Source: Candidatus Heimdallarchaeota archaeon (lineage in GTDB: Archaea > Asgardarchaeota > Heimdallarchaeia > Heimdallarchaeales > Heimdallarchaeaceae). Taken from it: DNA of 64,000 nucleotides. The notes under the pieces are model-generated. The model had not been told where the DNA came from. It searched no databases and saw only the letters and a list, made by a program, of their open reading frames with translations. Location: the NCBI GenBank assembly GCA_019057815.1, contig JAHLWR010000014.1, positions 48,690-112,689 of the forward strand. The letters are read 5' to 3'. The position numbers and the translations under genes are program-made. Shown one piece after another: positions 1 to 11,037 of the stretch (positions are counted from its first letter, which is position 1; each line of letters begins with the position of its first letter).

Positions 1-621
1 CTCCCTAAAATAATCTCCCAAGCTGAAAACTTAGCTGCAACTGAAAATGAACTCTTATTTTTTCTGAATGCAATGGAACCTTTGAGAAAAAATCTTGGTC
101 CTTTTATTCTCCAATGCTACCCGAATTTTGATAAAAACAATTTTTCATTCCAGCATTTAGAAGAATTCCTGGATTTCTATCCCCTAGATAAGTTCGAACT
201 TGCAGTAGAACTAAGACATACCTCCTGGTATGATGAAGACACATTTGATCTCCTTAACAAAAAGAATGTTGGAATTGTCAGTTCATACTTGCCTTATCTA
301 CCATTCGACCTTTTTGAAGAAGTAAAAAAGGAATATTGTTACATTCGCTTAATAGGTTCACACAATCAGGAAATTGAACTTGGAAAAGAGGGAGTTAATA
401 GAGAAGAACATTATATTGAAATCATTTCTAGATTTACTGAATTAATGAGAAATAAGAAAAAATTTGGTGCTTATGTAATGGTTAATAACCACTATTCAGG
501 TTATGCTCCTCCTATTGCTAAAAATATTATAGAAAAATTCATCGAATTTGGTTATAAACCTATAGAACCTCTCGTAACAGCTTATAAAGGGCAATCTAAT
601 TTATCAGACTTTTTCTCATGA
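1..621 (+). CDS. DUF72 (YecE-like) TIM-barrel protein, 5' end outside the window
   Basis: Frame is open from base 1 (LPKIISQAENL...); motifs LGPFILQCYPNF, AVELRHTSW, YIRLIG and NNHYSGYAP match DUF72. Confidence 0.8.
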   Translation, partial: LPKIISQAENLAATENELLFFLNAMEPLRKNLGPFILQCYPNFDKNNFSFQHLEEFLDFYPLDKFELAVELRHTSWYDEDTFDLLNKKNVGIVSSYLPYLPFDLFEEVKKEYCYIRLIGSHNQEIELGKEGVNREEHYIEIISRFTELMRNKKKFGAYVMVNNHYSGYAPPIAKNIIEKFIEFGYKPIEPLVTAYKGQSNLSDFFS

Positions 622-802
622 AAAAGAAAAAACCAAAAAATAGTTTTTATATTTGAATTTTTACATTTTTTTTACTTATTTACTTGAAATATAAACATGA
701 AATCATAGAAAAGGCAACTATTATGGATAATAATCAAGAAAAACTACTACTTCTTTAAGAATTTTATTACTGTATCTGAAAAACTAATAATATTTAAAAA
801 GA

Positions 803-1177
803 TCAACTCGTGTTAGAATTAAAAAGCTCCTTTACCATCCTTTTTAATTCACTAATTCTTATTGGTTTTCTAATAACGTCTATAGCTCCTGCTTGGAGCA
901 TCTGTTGTTGCAGTTTTCCACCAAAAGCTGATATTCCCAGAATTTGAATTTGGGGGTATCTGTTACTTATTATTTTAGTAGCTTCTGTTCCATCTAAAAC
1001 AGGCATTTTTATATCCATCAAAATTAGGTCTGGTAACCAAGTTTCAACAGTTTCAACAGCAATTTTACCATTTATAGCTGTTTTAATTACATAAGATTTT
1101 AATGCAATAGAGAAAATTGTAATAACGTCCTCATTATCGTCAACTATTAATATCCTCTTATTATTCACAAGAGACAA
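803..1177 (-). CDS. Stand-alone CheY-like response regulator receiver
   Basis: ILIVDDN, PDLILMDIKMPVLDG, ISA and KP motifs. Confidence 0.92.
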   Translation of the reverse strand: MSLVNNKRILIVDDNEDVITIFSIALKSYVIKTAINGKIAVETVETWLPDLILMDIKMPVLDGTEATKIISNRYPQIQILGISAFGGKLQQQMLQAGAIDVIRKPIRISELKRMVKELFNSNTS

Positions 1178-1387
1178 ACCTTAATCTTAATGGTTAATTT
1201 TAGTATCTAGTATTATTTAAGCTTGTTGTCAAACTATAGAATAATATAATTCCTTTTTAATAAATGCACATAATATCGATTTTAATAATGAAAAGATATT
1301 AATAGAAATGAGGAAAAAATCATTTGTACAACAAATTTTGTAAGAATTCAAAAATTAAGATTTTCACAACTTAATACAATTCTTTTA

Positions 1388-1921
1388 CTATTTATAAATC
1401 TCTAATAACAATGTACCTAGTAATTCAAAACACTCCTTCACGTTTAAACCGTAAAGAGCTGAAGTTTCTAGATATAATTCATGAGAAAAATTTACAGAGT
1501 CTAGTATTTCTTTGACCATATTTTCAGTAATTGTTCTCTCTTCTAAATCTGCTTTATTACCTAATATTACAATAGGACTATTTTCAACACTTGATTCTCT
1601 GAATTCTTGCATCCAATTTGGAATATCTTTCAAAGATTGAATGTTTGTTAAATCAAAAAGCAACAATGCTCCGTAAGCTCCCTCATAGAATTTTGATCTA
1701 AATGATTTAAATATCTTCTGTCCTGCTATATCAAATATTTGAAAAACTATGGAATTATTCCCGATATTTGTCCCATACGATGTAATATTTACACCTATAG
1801 TTGTAATATATTGTTCTGGGGAATATCCTTTCGTATAGCGAGTGATAAGAGTTGTCTTTCCTGCTGAACTATTCCCTAGAACCAGAATTTTAAAAATTCT
1901 CTTTTTTTCTTTTTCCATCAC
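1388..1921 (-). CDS. Rab-like small GTPase (Ras superfamily), no C-terminal prenylation cysteines
   Basis: G1 GNSSAGKTT, G2 TIGVN, G3 DIAGQ, G4 NKAD, G5 ETSAL; Rab-like FYEGAYGALLLFDLT. Confidence 0.92.
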   Translation of the reverse strand: MMEKEKKRIFKILVLGNSSAGKTTLITRYTKGYSPEQYITTIGVNITSYGTNIGNNSIVFQIFDIAGQKIFKSFRSKFYEGAYGALLLFDLTNIQSLKDIPNWMQEFRESSVENSPIVILGNKADLEERTITENMVKEILDSVNFSHELYLETSALYGLNVKECFELLGTLLLEIYK

Positions 1922-2008
1922 TTAATTGATGTAAAGGAATTTTTAAACTTTTACTTGTAATTCTAATACAGCTCTCAGTATATACAAATTTAGAGTATGT
2001 ACTTATTT

Positions 2009-4081
2009 TTAAAAAGTCCTATAAATTATTGCTTCTATTTTGTTAATCTTACTTTGATTCAGAATTTTTGTGATCTGTTCACTTTTTTGTAAATCCTGCC
2101 AAATATTTGAATTCTTAATATTTGTGATGAAATTTTCTATTCTTTTTGAAGCTGTATATGATTCACCCTTGTAAACATAACAAAAATATAATGATGCAAT
2201 CTTTTTTATGATTATACTATTCTCTTCATGTTTAATACGATCTATACAACCAGAAACCCCAAATGCTTCTTGAATGAAATTGTTTATAGCTGATATAAAA
2301 CCTGCAACAAGCATATCGTTAAAATCTTGGGACATAGCAAAATTTTTTGAATAAATAGGAATTCCTGATTCTGATAAGAGTAAAAGAATAATAGGTTCTT
2401 CATCCTGTTCTTCTAATATTTCTAGTTCTTTTTGTTTCCACATATTGCTTACTATTTCATCGAATTTTGTAGTTTTAATACGCTCAATTAGAGAAACATC
2501 CTTTTTTTCTAGTTCTTCCCATAGTTCTAATTTCTCAAGTAACAGATCATGTTCTTTAGAAATTTTCCTTGCTAGTTTTGTTAACCCCTTTTCTTCTGCT
2601 ATAATTTATGCTTGAGTTAACAAATGTCTAGCTTCATTCAAATCAAACTGTATTGCAGATAATTGTGAATGTAGCCAATAAGTTTCAGCAAGTAAGTGAT
2701 AATTACTCTGCGCTTTAGCAATCTTAATTAAATCCTGAAAAATAAGTTGAGCCTCTATCAGAGCTTCTTTATCACCATAATGACTAATTTCAGAAATAAG
2801 TAATTCAAATTTGTTGAGTAAAGCTATAACAGTTAATCTATGGTCTACTACTTCTTCACTAATTAACTGTGTAAGAAGAATTTCTGCTTGAACTCTATCT
2901 CTAGCGTGAGTACTAGTTTTTAGTTTTAGTGCATGAGCAATTTGATAACGTTGGCTGACAATTTTGTTTTCTTCCTGTTCATGAATTTGTTTTAGTAGTT
3001 GTAAGTACTCTTGGGTTTGATCATAAGAATGCATGTTAATAGATAAAATAACTAGAAAAAAGAGAACCTCAGCTAAATCGATTTTGTTTCCTAATTCTTC
3101 AAAAAGAACTACGCTTCGTTCAAAGTGATTAAAAGCTTTGTTCAGCTCGTCTTTCTGTTGATAAATTACCCCCATATTAGTGATAGAATAAGCTATGAAT
3201 AGCTTATTACCAAGTACTTCACTTATTACTAAAGATTGTTGCAAGAATTCCAATGCACGATCTAATTCGCCTTTATCTTTGTATAGATCACCCATATTAA
3301 CAAGAATAATTGTATTTCCTCTCTTATCACCTAATTTCTCATTTATTGTTAAAGCTTGACTGTAATTATCTAATGCTTTATCTAATTCACCTTGAAGTTT
3401 GTAGATAACTCCTATATTAACAAAAGACCTAGCCATCCTCTCTTCATTTACTAATTCTTCACTTATTTTCAAACTCCTCTGGAAACAAACTAAAGCATGA
3501 TCCAGTTCACCTTTTCGCGTGTAAATTTGTCCAGTACCATTTAGTATTTTCGTAATGTCTTGCTTATTACCTAATACTTCGTTTATCATTAAACTCTGCT
3601 GGAAACAATCTAAAGCTCGATCCAATTCATCTTTATGCAAAAGAGCTACTCCTTTATGAAGCAATAATGCAGCTTTTCGTGGTTTTTTTCCAGATAGTGG
3701 TTTTATTTCTAATCTTTGAAGTACTTTTTCCCCTTGCTCAACAACTTCTAATCCTCTATCATATTGACCAAGGAGCCATAATGCTTCTGCCATAATTATT
3801 AAAGCATCGACTTTAATCTCTTCTCTTTCTTCCCCTTCCATTTCTTCAATGTGTTCTTCTTCTCTTACGACTTGTTGTGCTATATTCAATGCGGTTTTAT
3901 GATCACTCTGTCCAAGCAAGCATCTACTCTTTACAATTTTACATCTTAAATAGAATGCATTCATAGGAGCTTGTTTTTCTATCTCTTCTACTTCTTTTAA
4001 TGCATCCTCGTATCTTCCCTCTAAAATCAGCTGTTCAATTCTTTCTAGATTCATAAACCCTATTACCTTTGTTTCGTTCAA
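2009..4081 (-). pseudogene. TPR-repeat protein with C-terminal longin-like domain, split by one in-frame TAA (2606-2608)
   Basis: ORFs 2606-4081 and 2009-2443 are in the same frame. Read-through gives LLTQA*IIAEEKGL versus LLTQAQIIAEEKGL in the neighbouring paralogue (CAA to TAA). Confidence 0.85.
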
Positions 4082-4209
4082 ATATAAGAATTTCTAATAG
4101 AATCAATTCTTTTGGTTATCTATGATTCAAGTCAGATTCGAATATATATATATGCATTAGAAGAATCCCATTGAAAGGGCTTAATACAGCATATTTTCAC
4201 AATTAATTC

Positions 4210-6396
4210 TTAGTTTGCAGGAAAGATATTTTCTATCATTGTTTCGACTCTGTTAATCTCACTTTGACTAAAACCTTTGGTAATCATTTCACTATCTTGT
4301 AAATAATCCAATATAGGAGAATTGTTAATTTCCTTGATGAAACGTTCAAGTTTTGAAGAAGCAGCGTATGATCCACCTTTAAAGACATAGCAGATAAACA
4401 TTGATTCAATGTGTTTTATCAGAATAGTATTTTCTTTATGTTTAATACGATCTATGTATCCAGAAACTCCAAAAGCATCTTGAATGAAATTGTTTATAGC
4501 TGATATAAAGCCTGCAACAAGCATATCATCAATTTCTTGGGACATAGCAAAATTTTTAGAGTAAATTGGAATTCCAGTCTCATATAATAATATTAAAACA
4601 ATTGGTTCTTCTTCTTGTTCTTCTAACATTTCCAGCTCCTTTTTCATCCGTATTTTTTTAACTAATTCTTCTAATTTTGCTATTTTCTCACCTTCAATAA
4701 GAGAATTATCCATCTTTGATAATTCTTCCCATTGTTCTATTTGAATTAATAAATTATCATGCTCACTGGATAATTTAACAGCTAGTCGAGAGAGACCCTT
4801 CTCTTCTGCAATAATTTGAGCTTGAGTTAGCAAATGCCTTGCTACATTAAAATCATATTGCACTATAGCCAACTGTGCTTGTAACCAATAAGATTCAGTA
4901 AACAATAGATATGAATTTTGCATTTTAGCAATCTTAATTAGGTTACTAGACAACAAATGAGCTTCTCTCAAAACTTCCTGATTACCATAATGACTAAATT
5001 CTGAAATAAGTAATTCAAACAAACAGAGCAGAGCTACAACTTTTAATTCATTATCTACACCTTCTTCGCTCAATATCTGCTCAAAAAGCTCTCCAGCCTC
5101 AACTCTAGAACGAACACGTGTGCTCGTTTTTAGAATTAATGCTTTTGATAGAATAAAGAGATGATTAATGTACTTGCTATCTTCTTTCCTATTAATTTGT
5201 TCTATCTCATCTAGTAACTTATTTGCCTTTTCTAGTGAATTCACATCAATATATGTGCAAATTAGATGAAATAAAATCCAAACCTTATAATAATTGTCTC
5301 CTATGTTCTCAAAAATCTCAAGTCCTTTACTAAAGTAATCAATTGCTAACTCTGCATTATCTTTTTTCCTATAAGTCTCTCCAATATTGGTATATAGCCA
5401 AGCCAAGCTCAATTCATTTTCTAATTCTTCATAAATCTTTGAACTTGCTTGGTAATATTCAAGTGCTTTATCTAACTCACCCATCTTTGTATATATTATA
5501 CCTATACTGAGTAGAGATGTTGGAGTGTCTTGAACATTTCCTATTTCTTCACTTATTGCTAAACTCTTGATGAAATCATCTAAAGCTCCCTTAATATCAC
5601 CAGTTTTTCCTTTAACAACACCTAGAGTATTAAGAGTTTGTGCAATACCAATTTGATCCCCCATCTCTTCTCTTAATGCCAAACCTTTTCTTAAAAACTC
5701 AAAAGACAGATGGAACTCCTCTTTATGGTGGTAATATACTCCATAATTACGATAAGATTCAGCTAAACCAGTTTTGTCTCCTATCTCTTCTCTAATTTTC
5801 ATACTTTGTTGATAATAGTCAAATGAACGATTATGATCACCTTTAATTGTGTAACTAACTCCAATATTACCTAATGTGTTAGCAATATTTTGCTTGTTAT
5901 CTAGTTGTTCATATAATTTTAAACTCCTTTCAAAAACGGATATAGACTTATCCAGATTTCCTTCAAGAAAAAATTGACAACCCTTTTGATATAAAATTGA
6001 AGCTTCTCTTGATTTATGCTTAAGATGCCTTTCTTTTTGCAATTCTTTGAGGATGTTCATACTTTTTTCTATAACTTCTTGACTTTTATTATATTCACCA
6101 AAATATTGCAGTATTTCTGCTTTTACTAGTAAGGAATCTATTAACAGTCCTTTCTTTTGTGTTTCTTGTAAATCATCAATTGAATTTTGAATTAGACTAA
6201 AAGCTTTTTCCAACGCCCCTATCTTTATCAGATTTTTACTTCTTAATATTCTACATCTTATTCTTTCATTTACTTTTTTTTGTTCTTTTTCTATCTTCTC
6301 AAGCTCTTCAATAGCTTCAATAATTTTTCCCTCAAGTACTAGACTATTGATTTTCTGATTGTTAGTTGAATTAGAGATAGAGATCACCAACTCCAT
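4210..6396 (-). CDS. TPR-repeat protein with C-terminal longin-like domain
   Basis: About 40-aa TPR repeats (A..L.NIG..Y...GD.D.A...YQ.S) followed by IVLILLYETGIPIYS...LVAGFISAINNF, typical of Asgard longin-like domains. Confidence 0.85.
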   Translation of the reverse strand: MELVISISNSTNNQKINSLVLEGKIIEAIEELEKIEKEQKKVNERIRCRILRSKNLIKIGALEKAFSLIQNSIDDLQETQKKGLLIDSLLVKAEILQYFGEYNKSQEVIEKSMNILKELQKERHLKHKSREASILYQKGCQFFLEGNLDKSISVFERSLKLYEQLDNKQNIANTLGNIGVSYTIKGDHNRSFDYYQQSMKIREEIGDKTGLAESYRNYGVYYHHKEEFHLSFEFLRKGLALREEMGDQIGIAQTLNTLGVVKGKTGDIKGALDDFIKSLAISEEIGNVQDTPTSLLSIGIIYTKMGELDKALEYYQASSKIYEELENELSLAWLYTNIGETYRKKDNAELAIDYFSKGLEIFENIGDNYYKVWILFHLICTYIDVNSLEKANKLLDEIEQINRKEDSKYINHLFILSKALILKTSTRVRSRVEAGELFEQILSEEGVDNELKVVALLCLFELLISEFSHYGNQEVLREAHLLSSNLIKIAKMQNSYLLFTESYWLQAQLAIVQYDFNVARHLLTQAQIIAEEKGLSRLAVKLSSEHDNLLIQIEQWEELSKMDNSLIEGEKIAKLEELVKKIRMKKELEMLEEQEEEPIVLILLYETGIPIYSKNFAMSQEIDDMLVAGFISAINNFIQDAFGVSGYIDRIKHKENTILIKHIESMFICYVFKGGSYAASSKLERFIKEINNSPILDYLQDSEMITKGFSQSEINRVETMIENIFPAN

Positions 6397-6673
6397 TCAA
6401 AGTAATTCCTACAATTACGGTATATCTACAGAATCCCTATCATATTGTACATTTACTAATATATACACTTTCTCTTTTACTTTCTCTAACTTAATTCAAA
6501 AATTGAATTAATGATCAAAAAAATTAGATGTTTTATTGATATCAAAATGATGTGTAATAATTGTTATATATTGATAAAGAAATATTTACTCATTAAGGAG
6601 TACTATCATCAAAATCTTCTTAATCACGAGGATTGTTTGTTTCTATTTAACAGAACAGAGATAGTGAATAAAT

Positions 6674-9600
6674 ATGAATATTGAGGATATTAAAACTCAA
6701 CAACTATTTGATTTAACAGAAGTAATATTTATCGTAATTAAAAACGATCTAAATCTTGCTATTATTAACAAAAAAGGACTGGAAATTCTAGAATATACAG
6801 AAGATGAAATTATAGGAAATAAATGGTTTGATAATTTTCTACCTAATAGGTCTATTAAAGAAGTAAAAACTTACTTTACTAACGTTTTCAAAGGAAATAT
6901 TAAACTTTCTGAATATTATGAATATCCTTTATTGACGAAGGCTGGTGAAGAGAAAGCGATTGCTTGGTATAATTCTCATATTAGAAGTAAAGATGACGAA
7001 ATAATTGGTATCCTTTCTACTGGTATAGATATTACCAAGCAAAAGAAATCGGAAGAAATGCTAAAATCTTCAGAAGCATTATATAAAACATTATTTGAAT
7101 CAACTGGAACAGGAGCAATACTAATTGAAGAAAATGGAACCATCTCATTATGTAATACGAAATTTGAAGAAATCACTGGATATTCAAAAGAAGAAGTAGA
7201 AGGGAAAAGAAATTGGATGGAATTGTTTCCAAAAAGTGAGCTTGAAAGATTAATTGAATTTTCCCGCAAAACTAGAGAGGAGCATTCTTTGTTACCTGTT
7301 GAAATTGAGATAAAACTGGTGAACAAACAGAGTGAATTAAGGGATGTAATAATTGTCCTTAATATAATTAAAGAATCAAATCAAACTATAATCATATTTT
7401 TTGATATAACAGAAAGAAAACAAGTGGAATTACAAGTACAGAAGGAGAAATATAAAGCAAAAAGCTATCTAGATGTTGCTGCTGTTATGCTTGTAGCTTT
7501 TGATGTAAACGGAAATATAACTCTTATCAATCGTAAAGGATGTGAAACATTAGGTTATAAAGAAAGTGAAATATTAGAGCAAAACTGGGTTGATAACTTC
7601 ATTCCATTGGATTGGAGAGATAATGTCAAACAAGTTTTTAGTAAATTAATATATGATGATATTGAACCATTTAGGTATTATGAAAATCCTGTTCTTACAA
7701 AAGATGGTTCAGAACAGCTTATTGCATGGTATAATTCTGTTATTAAAGATGAAGAGCAGAACGTTATAGGAATTCTGAGTTCTGGGGAAGATATAACAGA
7801 AAAGAGAAAAGCACAAGAAGATCTTGCTTTTCTCTATCATCTAGAACAGATTTTTTCAAGAATATCAGCAGATTTTATTAGCATGTCTATTAATGACATT
7901 GATCAAGGAATCAATAATTCTTTAGAGCAAATTGCAAATTTTACTGGTGCTTATCGTAGTTCAATAATTCACTTTTCAGAGGATTTTGAAACATTGAATT
8001 GCACTCATGATTGGATTAGTGAATCGATGGTTTCTAAAATTCAGCCACTCTTAAATATCTCATCAGATACTTTTATGTTTTTCATTGATTTGCTTAAGAA
8101 TAAAGAAAATATTGTTGTTCAAAGTATTGACACTCTTCCTGTAGATGCAGTAAAAGAAAGAGAGTGGATGAAAACTAATGAAATACAAACAATGATACTA
8201 GTCCCTATGTTATACGAAGATACTATGAGTGGAACCATTGCGATATTCCGAGAAACTGATCATGCACAAGCAAGACTTGAAAGATTATTTCCTCTTTTGC
8301 AATTTTCAGTAGATATGTTTGTTAGTGCATTAAAACGGAAAGAAGCAGAGGAAGTACTAGAAGAAAGTGAAGAAAGATATTCAACACTACTTCATGAGAT
8401 GTTAAGTGGATTTTCTTACCGTAAAGTTATTTTTGATGACGAAGGAAAACCGATTGATTTTGTTTTTCTTGAGGTAAACGATAACTATGAAAAATTAACT
8501 GGAATGAAGAGAGAAAATATTATAGGTAAAAGGTTTACTGAAATATATCCAAAAATTCAGTTTGATCAAGATTTTAATTGGTGTGAAGAATATGTAGAAG
8601 TGGCTATAACCGGTAAACCAAAGAGGTTTGTGAAATATCATACAGATCTTAATAGTTGGTTTGATATCTCTGTTTTTTCAATAGAGAAGGGATTCTTTGC
8701 TACAACTTTTGAAAACATAACAGATCGTATATTAGCTGAAAAGAAAATTAAAGAAAGTGAAGAGAAATATAGATCATTAGTAGAGACGATGAATGAAGGG
8801 TTATCAGTCATTGATGAAAAACAAGTTAATACCTATGTAAATAAGAAATTGTGTGAAATTCTAGGATATACAGAATATGAGTTGCTGGGGGAACCTATGG
8901 CAGAATTTCTGACTGAAGAAAGTCAAGAGATTTTTGCTAATCAGATGAAGGAAAGAAGAAAAGGTAAATATGAACCTTATGAGATGACTTGGAAGCGAAA
9001 GGATGGAACGATTGCTCATACTCTTTTAGCACCAAAAATTTTGTTCAATGAAAAAGGAGATTATATCGGTTCTTTTGCAGTTATTACTGATATATCAAAA
9101 CGTAAAAAAGCTGAAGAAGCTTTGAGAAAGCACAAAGATCATTTAGAAGAACTTGTGAAAGAGAGAACTGCTGAATTAGGACATTCAAATCAAGAATTAG
9201 AAGCTTTTACATACACAGTATCGCATGATCTTCGAGCACCACTCCGAGCAATGCAAGGGTTTTCTCAAGCTTTACTAGAAGACTACGAGAGCGTTTTAGA
9301 TGATGATGGTAAGGAATTTGCATCCAGGATAATTAACGCTGCAAATACAATGAATGAATTAATCACAGATTTACTGAATTATAGTAGAATAGGTCGCAAA
9401 AAAATAGATCTTATACCTATTTTACTATCAAAGCTAATTGAAGATGTTTTAAAACAACATGAAAATGAGATTAAGAAAAGTAAAACAAAAATTACATTAG
9501 AAAAGATAGACTGCAACATTTTGGGTCAACATAGTCTAGTGTCTCAAATTATTGAAAATTTAGTATCAAACGCTCTGAAATTTAGAAAACCTGAGATTGA

Positions 9601-9877
9601 TCTAACTATTAAAATTTGGACTGAGGATTATGGTGATAAAATACGCTTCTATATTAAAGATAATGGTATAGGAATTGATGAAGAATATTTCACAAAAATA
9701 TTTCAAGTCTTTGAAAGATTACATAGTACTGAAAAGTATCCAGGGACAGGGATAGGATTAGCTACAGTGAAAAAAACAGCTGAATTATTAGGTGGTAAAG
9801 TTGGAGTAATTTCAACTTTGGGAGAGGGTTCAATATTTTGGGCAGACTTTTTAAAAGCAAAAGAGAAGGTACAGTAA
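6674..9877 (+). CDS. Multi-PAS/GAF sensor histidine kinase (Cph1/bacteriophytochrome-like kinase core)
   Basis: Five PAS/PAC units ending in DIT/NIT/DIS, one GAF-like segment, H-box SHDLRAPLR, N-box NLVSNALKF, DNGIGI and GTGIGLA; no transmembrane segment. Confidence 0.95.
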   Translation: MNIEDIKTQQLFDLTEVIFIVIKNDLNLAIINKKGLEILEYTEDEIIGNKWFDNFLPNRSIKEVKTYFTNVFKGNIKLSEYYEYPLLTKAGEEKAIAWYNSHIRSKDDEIIGILSTGIDITKQKKSEEMLKSSEALYKTLFESTGTGAILIEENGTISLCNTKFEEITGYSKEEVEGKRNWMELFPKSELERLIEFSRKTREEHSLLPVEIEIKLVNKQSELRDVIIVLNIIKESNQTIIIFFDITERKQVELQVQKEKYKAKSYLDVAAVMLVAFDVNGNITLINRKGCETLGYKESEILEQNWVDNFIPLDWRDNVKQVFSKLIYDDIEPFRYYENPVLTKDGSEQLIAWYNSVIKDEEQNVIGILSSGEDITEKRKAQEDLAFLYHLEQIFSRISADFISMSINDIDQGINNSLEQIANFTGAYRSSIIHFSEDFETLNCTHDWISESMVSKIQPLLNISSDTFMFFIDLLKNKENIVVQSIDTLPVDAVKEREWMKTNEIQTMILVPMLYEDTMSGTIAIFRETDHAQARLERLFPLLQFSVDMFVSALKRKEAEEVLEESEERYSTLLHEMLSGFSYRKVIFDDEGKPIDFVFLEVNDNYEKLTGMKRENIIGKRFTEIYPKIQFDQDFNWCEEYVEVAITGKPKRFVKYHTDLNSWFDISVFSIEKGFFATTFENITDRILAEKKIKESEEKYRSLVETMNEGLSVIDEKQVNTYVNKKLCEILGYTEYELLGEPMAEFLTEESQEIFANQMKERRKGKYEPYEMTWKRKDGTIAHTLLAPKILFNEKGDYIGSFAVITDISKRKKAEEALRKHKDHLEELVKERTAELGHSNQELEAFTYTVSHDLRAPLRAMQGFSQALLEDYESVLDDDGKEFASRIINAANTMNELITDLLNYSRIGRKKIDLIPILLSKLIEDVLKQHENEIKKSKTKITLEKIDCNILGQHSLVSQIIENLVSNALKFRKPEIDLTIKIWTEDYGDKIRFYIKDNGIGIDEEYFTKIFQVFERLHSTEKYPGTGIGLATVKKTAELLGGKVGVISTLGEGSIFWADFLKAKEKVQ

Positions 9878-10314
9878 TGAAACAAAATTTAATTCTACTC
9901 GTAGAAGATGATGGAAATGATATAATATTAATTAAAAGAGCCTTTAAAAAAGCGAAAACTATTAATCCTCTTGAAGTAGTTACTGATGGAGAGGAAGCAA
10001 TAAACTATTTAAAAGGAGAAGGAAAGTATATTGATCGAATTCAATATCCCTTACCTATAATAATCCTTTTGGATTTAAAACTACCTTTAAAATCAGGTTT
10101 TGAAGTTTTAGAATGGATAAAAAAACAAGAGGGTTTAAAACGTATTCCAGTTGTCATCCTTACTTCTTCTTCAGAATCAAGAGATATCAATCGAGCATAC
10201 GATTTAGGAGCGAATACATACCTAACAAAACCTGTATATTTTGCAGATTTGATAGAGATATTGAAGACTATTGATATCTATTGGCTAATATTAAGCGAGA
10301 AACCTGATGTTTAA
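9877..10314 (+). CDS. Rcp1-like single-domain response regulator
   Basis: LLVEDD, ILLDLKLP, IPVVILTSS and YLTKP. ATG at 9877 overlaps the kinase stop (TAATG), so this start is preferred over 9838. Confidence 0.92.
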   Translation: MKQNLILLVEDDGNDIILIKRAFKKAKTINPLEVVTDGEEAINYLKGEGKYIDRIQYPLPIIILLDLKLPLKSGFEVLEWIKKQEGLKRIPVVILTSSSESRDINRAYDLGANTYLTKPVYFADLIEILKTIDIYWLILSEKPDV

Positions 10315-10353
10315 TATATATATTAAATTAATAATTATGAAAGGTGTGGTCAA

Positions 10354-10989
10354 ATGTCAAAAATAAAAATTCTTCTAATTGATGATGATTCAAATGATAG
10401 ATTACTGATTATTAGACACTTAAAACGAGAATTTCAAGATGTTGAAATAACGCAAATAATAAATGAATCTGAATTTTATTCTGCACTTGAAAAAGAGAAT
10501 TTCAATTGTGTTATTACTGATTATGTTTTCTATTGGTCTGATGGTTTGTCTATTTTGAGAACTATTAAGAAACTAGATCCTAATATGCCCGTTATAATGT
10601 TTACAGGTACAGGAGATGAAGAAGTAGCTGTAAAAGCCATGAAGACTGAATTAGATGATTATATTATAAAAAAACCGAAACACTTCCAACGTCTGGCTGT
10701 ATCCGTGAAAAAGACTTTAGAGAGATATGAAGAAAAAAAGAGATTAAAAGAAATAGAAATAGAAAAAAAACAAGCATTTGATCAATTAAGAAAGAATCTC
10801 GAAGCTTTTTCTATTTTGATAGATGAAATCAGAAATCCATTGACAATCATTTTGGGCTTAGCAGAGTTTTGTAAAGAAGATTGTGCAAAAACAATTACTA
10901 AAAATGTAATATTTATTGAAGAAGCTATAAGAAAAATTGATGATAGATATCTTGAATCTATAATTACATGGAATTTATTGCAGAAATAA
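10354..10989 (+). CDS. Response regulator receiver fused to a degenerate HisKA-like helix pair
   Basis: LLIDDD, ITDY, MFTGTG and IKK receiver motifs; C-terminal IDEIRNPLTIILGL resembles an H-box lacking the His; no ATPase domain. Confidence 0.85.
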   Translation: MSKIKILLIDDDSNDRLLIIRHLKREFQDVEITQIINESEFYSALEKENFNCVITDYVFYWSDGLSILRTIKKLDPNMPVIMFTGTGDEEVAVKAMKTELDDYIIKKPKHFQRLAVSVKKTLERYEEKKRLKEIEIEKKQAFDQLRKNLEAFSILIDEIRNPLTIILGLAEFCKEDCAKTITKNVIFIEEAIRKIDDRYLESIITWNLLQK

Positions 10990-11037
10990 TTAAGAATCGA
11001 CTCTCAGTAAAAACCTTTCTCCCAAAAAAGAAAAAGG

